From sequence record KY652723.1: DNA of 40,605 nucleotides; one strand, 5' to 3'. Both the position numbers and the translations under genes were made by a program. The notes below the pieces were generated by a model. It ran no database searches, was not told the DNA's origin, and worked only from the letters and a program-made list of their open reading frames with translations. The DNA is from Klebsiella phage vB_KpnP_PRA33. Shown here piece after piece: positions 8,053-17,098 of this stretch; position 1 is the stretch's first letter, and every line of letters begins with the position of its first letter.

Positions 8053-8113
8053 ACAATCGTATGGAACCTATGGAACCATTGCGGAAGCCATAGCTGTACG
8101 AGACGCAGTTATT

Positions 8114-8136
8114 AATTAGGTAGCACTATAGGAGAC
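8114..8136 (+). promoter_or_regulatory. Phage promoter (phi1.5-like)
   Basis: AATTAGGTAGCACTATAGGAGAC. Confidence 0.7.
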
Positions 8137-8143
8137 AACAACA

Positions 8144-8230
8144 TGTCCATCAATCTGATTCTAATCATCGTGTTCATCCTCGCGGCTATCGTGTGGTCAA
8201 TGAACGACGAGCCACCTAAAGGAGCATAAC
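8144..8230 (+). CDS. Small hydrophobic protein (1.5 position)
   Basis: 28-aa [31 protein letters not shown], directly downstream of the promoter. Confidence 0.35.
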
Positions 8231-8231
8231 C

Positions 8232-8495
8232 ATGCGCTTACACTTCAACAAATCAAACGGTATCTTCTCGGTTCGCCGGGAAGACCGCAGCACTGTAGCA
8301 GCCTCTGAGCGCCACGGTAAGATTCCGTTCATAGGTGATACCTTCGAGCTGGCACCAAGCGTGCACATCTTGGTTACTCGCGGTCTCTACGAATTGGCTC
8401 AGACTAAGAGCCGTCCTTTCGTACCCGTTGTGGTAACCAAGTGGCCTCGTATTCGTCTGTTCTGGGAGCGTATCAAGGAGGTCGTAAATGACTGA
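8232..8495 (+). CDS. Hypothetical protein (1.6 position)
   Basis: 87 aa, AAAGGAG RBS, syntenic with T7 gene 1.6. Confidence 0.5.
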   Translation: MRLHFNKSNGIFSVRREDRSTVAASERHGKIPFIGDTFELAPSVHILVTRGLYELAQTKSRPFVPVVVTKWPRIRLFWERIKEVVND

Positions 8496-8934
8496 CCAAA
8501 AGATGCTCGCTGTCTACAAAATTGTGGACAAGAACAAGGGACTCGATGGCTCCACTATGGAGTGCGCTGTGGCCTGCCTTGGCGTGGCCTGCGAGGACTG
8601 CCCGATGCAGGAAGTGAGCACTCTCGGAGAGGTGCGCGCTATGGACGACCGCAACGTTCCTAAGGCCAAAGAACCAGCAGAGCCTAAGGAAGACGATGGT
8701 GTGAAACAGCCAAGTCACTACCAGCTGTTCGAAGACGTTGAGGCTATCGAGGTGATTGCTCGAAGCATGACCCAAGAGATGTTTAAGGGGTACTGCCTCG
8801 GGAACATCCTAAAGTATCGCCTTCGGGCCGGTAAGAAGTCCGAGCTGGCAACCTTAGAGAAAGACATGGCGAAGGCCACTTTCTATCTGGAGCTGTACAC
8901 CAAGCACAAGGGTCTATGCTATGACGCCAAGTGA
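8488..8934 (+). CDS. gp1.7-like protein (DUF3310-like motif; T7 gp1.7 is a nucleotide kinase)
   Basis: 148 aa. The motif HYQ...IEVI......[18 protein letters not shown]....DL.KA.FYL is reminiscent of the DUF3310/gp1.7 family. It is shorter than T7 gp1.7 (196 aa). Confidence 0.45.
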   Translation: MTDQKMLAVYKIVDKNKGLDGSTMECAVACLGVACEDCPMQEVSTLGEVRAMDDRNVPKAKEPAEPKEDDGVKQPSHYQLFEDVEAIEVIARSMTQEMFKGYCLGNILKYRLRAGKKSELATLEKDMAKATFYLELYTKHKGLCYDAK

Positions 8935-8946
8935 CTGGTGCCGAGC

Positions 8947-9045
8947 AATGTACGAGAAGACGCTCGACCCTGCGTACATCACCCTGTATAACATGTGGAA
9001 GGAGCGAGAAGATGCAAAAGTTCGTCGTAACGGTCGAGACAGCTA
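8947..9045 (+). CDS. Possible gene 1.8-like small ORF
   Basis: 32-aa ORF overlapping the gene 2 start in another frame. Only the T7-syntenic position supports it. Confidence 0.2.
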
Positions 9046-9161
9046 ACGCATCGTACGAACTCCCGGTACACGCTGGGTCTCTTGAGGAGGCCCTCGAAGT
9101 TGCCGAGGCGGAGTATGAAGAGTTAGGCCAAGTGACTCGGGTACGCCCAGATAGTCATTAG
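9012..9161 (+). CDS. 2: Gp2-like inhibitor of host RNA polymerase
   Basis: MQKFVVTVETANASYELPVHAGSLEEALEVAEAEYEELGQVTRVRP aligns with T7 Gp2 [34 protein letters not shown]...EVTRVRP. GGAG RBS lies 8 nt upstream. Confidence 0.75.
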   Translation: MQKFVVTVETANASYELPVHAGSLEEALEVAEAEYEELGQVTRVRPDSH

Positions 9162-9179
9162 GTAGCACTATAGGGACAC
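9157..9179 (+). promoter_or_regulatory. Phage promoter (phi2.5-like)
   Basis: CATTAGGTAGCACTATAGGGACA. Confidence 0.75.
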
Positions 9180-9220
9180 ATGCTGTCCCTCTTACTGTTT
9201 AAACTTAAAGGAGATTCATC

Positions 9221-9916
9221 ATGGCATTCGCTAAGAAGAAGATTTATACCACCAAGATTGGTACCTGTGAGCCGTACGCTTACTTCAACAAGCCGGACTA
9301 TGGCGGTGAGGGTTTTGAGAACCCACGCGGTACCTACAAGGGTTCCGTAACGTTCAAGAACGAAGACTGTCAGGAGCTGGTAGACCTCATCGTTAAGACC
9401 CATGAGGAAAACTACGCGGCCCGTCTGGAAGCGCACGAAGCGAACCCGCCGAAGGTTCAGAAGGGCAAGAAACCCCTGAAGCCGTACGAAGGCGACATGC
9501 CGTTCTTCGACAACGGTGATGGTACCACCACGTTCAACTTCAAGTGCTACGGTTCGTACGAGGACAAGAAGACTGGCGAGACCAAGAAGATTGTTCTGGG
9601 TGTAGTAGACGCTAAAGGCAAGCGCATCCAAGACGTTCCGATCATCGGCGGTGGTTCCAAAGTGAAGATTCGCTTCTCACTGGTACCTTACGGCTGGTCT
9701 GCGGTAGCTGGTGCTTCCGTTAAGTTGCAGCTGGAAGGCGTGATGCTGGTCGAACTAGCTACCTTTGGTGGTGGCGAAGACGACTGGGCTGACGAAGCCG
9801 TAGAAGGCGGTTACGAAGCTGACGAACCTCGCAGCCGTAAACCTCAGGAAGACCCGGAAGACTGGTCTGGTGAGGAAGCTGACGAGGGTGAAGCCGAAGA
9901 AGAAGATGACTTCTAA
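9221..9916 (+). CDS. 2.5: Single-stranded DNA-binding protein
   Basis: 231 aa. ...TAEPYAY..KPDYG......NPRG.YK....F......CQ..VD.IVK.HEE.YAA..E..EANPP.V.KGKKPLKPYEGDMPFFDNGDGTTTF.FKCY.S..DKKT.ETK.I.L.VVD.KGK...DVPIIGGGSK.K...SLVPY.W....GASVKLQLE.VMLVELATFGGGEDDWADE, with the acidic C-terminal tail ending in F as in T7 gp2.5. Confidence 0.96.
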   Translation: MAFAKKKIYTTKIGTCEPYAYFNKPDYGGEGFENPRGTYKGSVTFKNEDCQELVDLIVKTHEENYAARLEAHEANPPKVQKGKKPLKPYEGDMPFFDNGDGTTTFNFKCYGSYEDKKTGETKKIVLGVVDAKGKRIQDVPIIGGGSKVKIRFSLVPYGWSAVAGASVKLQLEGVMLVELATFGGGEDDWADEAVEGGYEADEPRSRKPQEDPEDWSGEEADEGEAEEEDDF

Positions 9917-10368
9917 TGGCGGGCTATGGGGCCAAAGGGATTCGGAAGGTGGGTGCCTTCCGGTCTGGCCTTGAGGACAAGGTGTCCAAGCAGTTAGAAG
10001 CAAAGGGCGTCACGTTCGATTACGAATTGTGGCGCATCCCTTACGTTATTCCTGCGAGTGACCACCTTTACACTCCAGACTTCTTGTTACCCAATGGTAT
10101 CTTCGTGGAGACTAAGGGTCTCTGGGAAGCCGAGGACCGCAAGAAGCACCAATTGATTCGTGAGCAGTACCCGGAGTTAGACATCCGGTTAGTATTCTCT
10201 TCGAGTCGCACTAAGATTTACAAAGGGTCACCAACCAGTTACGCTGAGTGGTGCGAGAAGCATAACATCTTGTTTGCCGACAAATTGATTCCCGTAGACT
10301 GGCTGAAGGAGCCGAAGCGTGATGTACCGTTCGGCAAGTTCAAGCAGAAGAAAGGAGCAAAGCAATGA
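9916..10368 (+). CDS. 3: Endonuclease I (Holliday junction resolvase)
   Basis: 150 aa. MAGYGAKGIRKVGAFRSGLEDKVSKQLE.KG..F.YE.W..PYVIPAS.H.YTPDFLLPNGIFVETKGLWE..DRKKH.LIREQ.PELDIR.VFSSSRTK.YKGSPTSY.E.CEKH....ADKLIP is near-identical to T7 gp3. Confidence 0.96.
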   Translation: MAGYGAKGIRKVGAFRSGLEDKVSKQLEAKGVTFDYELWRIPYVIPASDHLYTPDFLLPNGIFVETKGLWEAEDRKKHQLIREQYPELDIRLVFSSSRTKIYKGSPTSYAEWCEKHNILFADKLIPVDWLKEPKRDVPFGKFKQKKGAKQ

Positions 10369-10802
10369 TTCACCCCAAACTTGAGATAGTGCCTACCGAT
10401 TCCTGCATCGAATGGACAGGAGCGCACCACAAGAATGGATACGGAGTCATCTCCCTTAACCGCAAGGTTGCCCACGAGCTGGGCGTGTCGCGTGTACAGT
10501 TCGTCCACCGAGCGTCATACATGCAGCACAAGGGACCCATTCCGAGTGGGCTTGTAGTCCGCCATACGTGCGACAATAAGCGCTGCTATAACCCTGAGCA
10601 TTTGCTACTTGGGACACAGAAAGATAATGCAGACGACGCTGTGGAGCGTGGACTGTCTAAACGAAAACTAACCGATGCAGATGTGGAGGTAATACGCTCA
10701 TCCAGTGAATCTAACAGGAAGTTAGGTAAATACTATGGAGTCAGTGCGACAACTATCTATCACATTAAGCACGGCACTAAATGGAGACACGTAAATGCCT
10801 AA
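10365..10802 (+). CDS. HNH-family homing endonuclease (free-standing), inserted between genes 3 and 3.5
   Basis: 145 aa. HNH core ...VVRHTCDNKRCYNPEHLLLGTQKDNADD... with an upstream Cys/His (CIEWTGAHHKNGYG) and a C-terminal IYHIKHG..W DNA-binding-like tail. Overlaps the gene 3 stop (ATGA) and the gene 3.5 start by 8 nt. T7 has nothing at this position. Confidence 0.8.
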   Translation: MIHPKLEIVPTDSCIEWTGAHHKNGYGVISLNRKVAHELGVSRVQFVHRASYMQHKGPIPSGLVVRHTCDNKRCYNPEHLLLGTQKDNADDAVERGLSKRKLTDADVEVIRSSSESNRKLGKYYGVSATTIYHIKHGTKWRHVNA

Positions 10803-11241
10803 GGTACAATTCACTAAACGAAAGGAGACCTCTCAGATTTTCGTACACTGCTCCGCAACCAAGCCGTCTATGGACATTGGTGTCCGGGAGATTGCTCAGT
10901 GGCACAAGGAGCAGGGATGGTTAGCAATTGGATACCACTTCATCATCCGTCGTGACGGTACCATTGAGGCTGGCCGCGACCAAGATGCTGTGGGTTCACA
11001 CGTCAAGGGATACAACTCGACTTCTGTAGGTGTGTGTCTGGTAGGTGGTATCGACGCCAAGGGTAACCCAGAGGCAAACTTCACGCCAGCCCAGATGCAG
11101 TCTCTTCGCTCACTGCTGGTAGAACTGAAGGTGCAATACGCTGGGGCTGTGCTGATGGCACACCACGACGTAGCACCTAAAGCCTGCCCGAGCTTCGACC
11201 TGAAGCGCTGGTGGGAGAAGAACGAACTGGTCACTTCCGAC

Positions 11242-11250
<9 letters not shown>
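10795..11250 (+). CDS. 3.5: N-acetylmuramoyl-L-alanine amidase (T7 lysozyme; also inhibits the phage RNAP)
   Basis: 151 aa. ...VQF..R..T..IFVHCSATKPS...GVREI.QWHKEQGWL..GYHFII.RDGT.EAGRD..AVGSH.KGYN..S.GVCLVGGID.KG...ANFTPAQMQSLRSLLV.L......AVL.AHH.VAPKACPSFDLKRWWEKNELVTSDRG is identical in pattern to T7 gp3.5. Confidence 0.96.
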
Positions 11251-13236
<1,986 letters not shown>

Positions 13237-13284
13237 CCCACACTATTGGGAACACATCCCGAAACCACTTAAAGGAGATTCATC

Positions 13285-13494
13285 ATGTTTAAACTCATCG
13301 AAACTTTAGGCCGTCTGGTCATCGCACTGTACATCCGTGAAGCCAAGGCACTGGACAAAGCGTCCAAGGTGGAAGCAGAGGCTGCCGCTAAGCTGGCTAA
13401 AGCCGCCGACAAGGCACGTCAAGCGTCTCTGGACGCAACCGCAGAGGCAGCTAAGGTTGCCGCTAAAGCTCAGAAACTTAAGGAGTTCTTCTAA
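13285..13494 (+). CDS. 4.3: gp4.3-like protein
   Basis: 69 aa. MFKLIETLGRLVIALYIREAK.L......EA......A.............K.AE.A.V...AQKL..FF resembles T7 gp4.3 (MFKLIKKLGQLLVRMY.VEAKRL...). Confidence 0.65.
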   Translation: MFKLIETLGRLVIALYIREAKALDKASKVEAEAAAKLAKAADKARQASLDATAEAAKVAAKAQKLKEFF

Positions 13495-13805
13495 TGACTA
13501 CCAAAGCTAAATTCCCCGGTAATACCATTCAGCTGTCCGACACCGCTGACCAGTGGGGCCGTAAGGTTCACATCAACGTCCGCAACGACAAGGTAACTCT
13601 GGTCTACCGCTGGAAGGCAAAGAGCGATAACCGTGCGCACACTCAGCGCGTTACCCTCGACGATGTTCAGGCAGCTCGACTGCTGGCATCCGTGGCCGTA
13701 GCCGCTACTGTAGCTGTTGGTGAGGACAAGGTCCGTGAGGTTATCCTGAGTAAAGAGGTAGGCTCAACGGCAACCCGACTGGCAGAAGCGTCAGAAGCTA
13801 AGTGA
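13494..13805 (+). CDS. Hypothetical protein (4.5 position)
   Basis: 103 aa. Start overlaps the 4.3 stop (TAATG). Confidence 0.5.
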   Translation: MTTKAKFPGNTIQLSDTADQWGRKVHINVRNDKVTLVYRWKAKSDNRAHTQRVTLDDVQAARLLASVAVAATVAVGEDKVREVILSKEVGSTATRLAEASEAK

Positions 13806-13852
13806 TAAACTCAAGGTCATTACTATATGTAGTGGCCTTTATGATTATCACA
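13806..13852 (+). promoter_or_regulatory. RNase III-type processing hairpin (R4.7-like)
   Basis: AACTCAAGGTCATTACTATATGTAGTGGCCTTTATGATTATC. Confidence 0.5.
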
Positions 13853-13877
13853 CACAACATATTGAGAGGACATAACC

Positions 13878-14264
13878 ATGCGTAAACCTGAAGAAATCCG
13901 TGCAGACATCGAGAAGCTAACCAAAGAGCTGGAAGCTGTTAAGGTTCATGAGTCCAGACAGGTTGCTGCTGTTAACATCTTGTATAACTTAGGGTGGACA
14001 CACGACCCTCACAAGGGCTGGCAGAAGCCTGCGCTAAAGTGGAGCGACTATAAGGCTCCCCTGAAGGCTGGCGACTTTGCGACTTGGGAGGATGGGACCA
14101 TTGGCGGTACAGTATACATCCGCAGTGTCGGCGACAAGTATGCTCAGGTGTCTCAAGTTCGTGCTATTACCGGGCTGGGTGCTGACGTAGCTAACGGTAG
14201 CTTTGCCGTCGAAAAGAGTAAGTTAACCGTGCGTCCGCGTGAGTATTTCATCGGGCGTCGTTAA
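13878..14264 (+). CDS. Hypothetical protein (4.7 position)
   Basis: 128 aa, GAGAGGA RBS. Confidence 0.5.
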   Translation: MRKPEEIRADIEKLTKELEAVKVHESRQVAAVNILYNLGWTHDPHKGWQKPALKWSDYKAPLKAGDFATWEDGTIGGTVYIRSVGDKYAQVSQVRAITGLGADVANGSFAVEKSKLTVRPREYFIGRR

Positions 14265-14280
14265 GTAACAGGAGACCACT

Positions 14281-16398
14281 ATGTTAGTAACCGATATCGA
14301 GGCTAACAACCTCTTAGAGAAAGTCACTCAGTTCCACTGTGGGGTCATCTATGACTACAGCACGGACGAGTACGTATCGTATCGACCTTGGGACTTCTCA
14401 GCGTATCTCGATGCGTTAGAAGCTGAGGTGGCTCGTGGTGGTCTCATCGTATTCCACAACGGTCACAAGTACGATGCCCCAGTGTTGACCAAGCTGGCCA
14501 AGCTCCAGTTAAACCGAGAGTTCCACCTGCCGCGTGAGAACGTAGTGGACACGTTGGTACTTAGTCGTTTGCTTTTTGCGAACATTAAGGACTCAGATAT
14601 GGCCCTGCTGCGTTCCGGTAAGTTACCCGGTAAGCGCTTCGGGTCTCACGCTCTGGAGGCGTGGGGTTACCGCTTAGGTGAGATGAAGGGTGAGTACAAG
14701 GACGACTTCAAGAAGCTCCTTGAGGAACAGGGAGAGGACTATGTGGACGGTGCTGAGTGGATTAGCTTCAACGAGCCGATGATGGCCTATAACGTTCAGG
14801 ACGTTGTGGTGACTAAGGTGCTCTTAGAGAAACTGCTGAGCGACAAGCACTACTTCCCGGATGGTGATATCCACTGGTGGGCACACGATGCCGTGTCGTT
14901 CTGGGACAACTCGTGTGAGGCCGTCTGGCTGGAACACCGAGCCGCTTGGTTACTCGCTAAGCAGGAGCGCAACGGATTCCCGTTCAACACCAAGGCCATC
15001 GAGGAACTCTACGTTGAACTCGCTGGTCGTCGTTCTGAACTCCTTCAGACACTTACCGACACTTTCGGAACTTGGTACCAACCTAAGGGCGGCACCGAGT
15101 TATTCCTCCACCCGCGCACCGGGAAGCCTCTGGGTAAATACCCGCGAGTGAAGTATCCGAAACAGGGTGGTATCTACAAGAAACCCAAGAACAAAGCTCA
15201 ACGAGAGGGTCGTGAACCTTGTGAGCTGGACACGCGGGATTACGTAGAGGGCGCTCCGTACACACCAGTAGAGCATGTTGTGTTCAACCCAAGTAGCCGA
15301 GACCACATTGCGCTCAAGTTGAAGGAAGCCGGATGGGTACCTACAGAGTTCACTGATAAGGGTGCACCTAAGGTAGACGACGAGGTCCTTGAGCATGTGC
15401 GTGTGGATGACCCTGAGAAGCAGCGCTGTATCGACCTCATCAAAGAATACTTGATGATACAGAAGCGTATCGGTCAGGCGGCTGAGGGTGACAAGGCGTG
15501 GCTACGTTACGTTCAAGAGGATGGTAAAATTCATGGGTCCGTTAATCCCAATGGGGCCGTTACTGGCCGAGCAACACACAGTTTTCCTAACCTTGGCCAA
15601 GTTCCGGGCGTTCGTTCGCCGTATGGTGAACCTTGTCGAGCAGCGTTCGGCGCAGAGCATCACTTGGACGGACTTACCGGAAAGCCTTGGGTTCAAGCGG
15701 GCATTGACGCCAGTGGACTCGAACTTCGTTGTCTGGCACACTTCATGTCTAAGTACGACGGAGGGGCATATTCGGATGTTATTCTCAACGGTGATATCCA
15801 CACAGTCAACCAAACGGCGGCTGAGTTGCCAACACGTGATAACGCCAAGACATTCATCTACGGTTTCCTCTATGGTGCTGGAGACGAAAAGATTGGACAG
15901 ATTGTGGGAGCAGGTAAGGAACGCGGAAAGGAACTCAAGAAGAAATTCCTTGAGAACACCCCAGCAATCGCAGCGTTGCGAGAAGGAATCCAGCAGACCC
16001 TCGTCGAGTCATCCCGATGGGTTGCCGGAGAGCAGAAGGTCAAATGGAAACGACGCTGGATTAAGGGACTGGATGGAAGAAAGGTACACGTACGGTCACC
16101 ACATGCCGCGCTCAACACGTTGCTTCAGTCAGCGGGTGCGCTCATTTGTAAGCTGTGGATTGTCGAGACTGAAGAGTTACTTCTGTCAGCTGGCTTAAAG
16201 CATGGCTGGGGTGGTGACTTTGCGTACATGGCATGGGTACATGACGAAATCCAAGTAGCGTGCCGGACCCCAGAGATTGCACAGCAGGTGATTGACACTG
16301 CGCAACAAGCTATGCGCAACGTTGGGGAACACTTTAAGTTCCGTTGCCGTCTGGATACAGAAGGTAAGATGGGTCCGAACTGGGCCGTATGTCACTAA
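14281..16398 (+). CDS. 5: DNA polymerase (family A, T7 gp5 homolog) with 3'-5' exonuclease domain
   Basis: 705 aa. ML.TDIEAN.LLE.VT.FHCGVIYDYST.EYVSYRP.DF.AYLDALEAEVARGGLIVFHNGHKYD.P.LTKLAKLQLNREFHLPREN...; thioredoxin-binding region ...KKPKNKAQREGREPCELDTR.YV.GAPYTPVEHVVFNPSSRDHI...; motif A/B/C regions (...TFIYGFLYGAGDEKIGQIVGAGKERGKELKKKFLENTPAIAALRE.IQQTLVESS.WVAGEQ.VKWKRRWIKGLDGRKVHVRSPHAALNTLLQSAGALICKLW...YMAWVHDEIQV.CRT.EIAQ). Confidence 0.98.
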   Translation: MLVTDIEANNLLEKVTQFHCGVIYDYSTDEYVSYRPWDFSAYLDALEAEVARGGLIVFHNGHKYDAPVLTKLAKLQLNREFHLPRENVVDTLVLSRLLFANIKDSDMALLRSGKLPGKRFGSHALEAWGYRLGEMKGEYKDDFKKLLEEQGEDYVDGAEWISFNEPMMAYNVQDVVVTKVLLEKLLSDKHYFPDGDIHWWAHDAVSFWDNSCEAVWLEHRAAWLLAKQERNGFPFNTKAIEELYVELAGRRSELLQTLTDTFGTWYQPKGGTELFLHPRTGKPLGKYPRVKYPKQGGIYKKPKNKAQREGREPCELDTRDYVEGAPYTPVEHVVFNPSSRDHIALKLKEAGWVPTEFTDKGAPKVDDEVLEHVRVDDPEKQRCIDLIKEYLMIQKRIGQAAEGDKAWLRYVQEDGKIHGSVNPNGAVTGRATHSFPNLGQVPGVRSPYGEPCRAAFGAEHHLDGLTGKPWVQAGIDASGLELRCLAHFMSKYDGGAYSDVILNGDIHTVNQTAAELPTRDNAKTFIYGFLYGAGDEKIGQIVGAGKERGKELKKKFLENTPAIAALREGIQQTLVESSRWVAGEQKVKWKRRWIKGLDGRKVHVRSPHAALNTLLQSAGALICKLWIVETEELLLSAGLKHGWGGDFAYMAWVHDEIQVACRTPEIAQQVIDTAQQAMRNVGEHFKFRCRLDTEGKMGPNWAVCH

Positions 16399-16416
16399 TA
16401 ATACAGGAGATTTATC

Positions 16417-16719
16417 ATGGCTATTACCAAGCGTTTCAAGGTTACTTTCGAGGTGACCAGCGTTATTGATAGTGAGTCCGAGAAGAACCTCGGAGAGACC
16501 GTTCTGCGTGTTGCACGGATGGTTGCCAATGGCGAGAAGGTGGACAACTTCAAACTGGGCTTCCTTGAGGCAGCGCTCAGTGGTGGCCCTGACGCAGCGG
16601 CTGCATATTGTATCCGACACGGTCTGCGCTCAATGGTCAAAGAGGCACATGACGACCTTTCGTTTAACGAGAAGAAACGTATGCGCTTCTCTCCGGCAAT
16701 CGTGAGGGTAACCAAGTGA
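16417..16719 (+). CDS. 5.5: gp5.5-like protein (T7 gp5.5 binds host H-NS)
   Basis: 100 aa. MA.TK.FKV.F.VT.......E......L.......G......K.........G.......C.R...R....K..H.......F..SPA.VR aligns with T7 gp5.5 (99 aa). Confidence 0.7.
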   Translation: MAITKRFKVTFEVTSVIDSESEKNLGETVLRVARMVANGEKVDNFKLGFLEAALSGGPDAAAAYCIRHGLRSMVKEAHDDLSFNEKKRMRFSPAIVRVTK

Positions 16720-16925
16720 GCGAGTACCTCAAAGTTCTGGCGGCCCTCAAGGGCTGCCCAAAGTCCTTCCAATCGAACTACGTACGGAACAACGCTGCGT
16801 TAGTCGCTGAGGCTGCGAGCCGTGGTCACATTTCGTGTCTGACCATGAGTGGTCGTAATGGTGGTGCTTGGGAAATTACCAGTGCCGGAGTGAGATTCCT
16901 TAAGAAACACGGAGGTTGCCTGTGA
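16716..16925 (+). CDS. 5.7: gp5.7-like protein
   Basis: 69 aa. MS.YLKVL.A.K.CPK.FQSNYVRNNA.LVAEAASRGHISCLT.SGRNGGAWEIT..G.RFLK..GGC is near-identical in pattern to T7 gp5.7. Confidence 0.8.
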   Translation: MSEYLKVLAALKGCPKSFQSNYVRNNAALVAEAASRGHISCLTMSGRNGGAWEITSAGVRFLKKHGGCL

Positions 16926-17098
16926 GAAAGCGAATGGTGTTTGTGCACCCGTTGGAACCTAAATCACACTGGGAAACAACTGGTGGTATCGTTTGGTTTT
17001 ATAAGGATGGCTACATGCTGCGACAGTCCCACGTCACCCACAAAGACCTTCACGACCCAGAGATGGGCTTTAAGTTCAAGGAGTTAAAGAATGAGTAA
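16922..17098 (+). CDS. Hypothetical protein at the gene 5.9 position (no similarity to T7 gp5.9 RecBCD inhibitor)
   Basis: About 58 aa (GTG start 6 nt after GGAGG; alternative TTG 16916 or ATG 16934). Overlaps the 5.7 stop and gene 6 start. Sequence VRKRMVFVHPLEPKSHWETTGGIVWFYKDGYMLRQSHVTHKDLHDPEMGFKFKELKNE. Confidence 0.45.
   Translation: MRKRMVFVHPLEPKSHWETTGGIVWFYKDGYMLRQSHVTHKDLHDPEMGFKFKELKNE

Noticed and set aside
7858-8115. 85-aa ORF overlapping the 3' end of the ligase and the following spacer
   Set aside because: It starts inside the ligase in another frame and runs through a structured non-coding spacer with a terminator-like hairpin. It has no RBS and is unlikely to be coding.
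15488-16198. 236-aa + strand ORF in an alternative frame inside the DNA polymerase gene
   Set aside because: It is embedded in the best-conserved part of gene 5, whose zero frame aligns with T7 gp5 throughout. The composition is Arg/Ser-rich and low-complexity, as expected from an off-frame reading, and there is no RBS.
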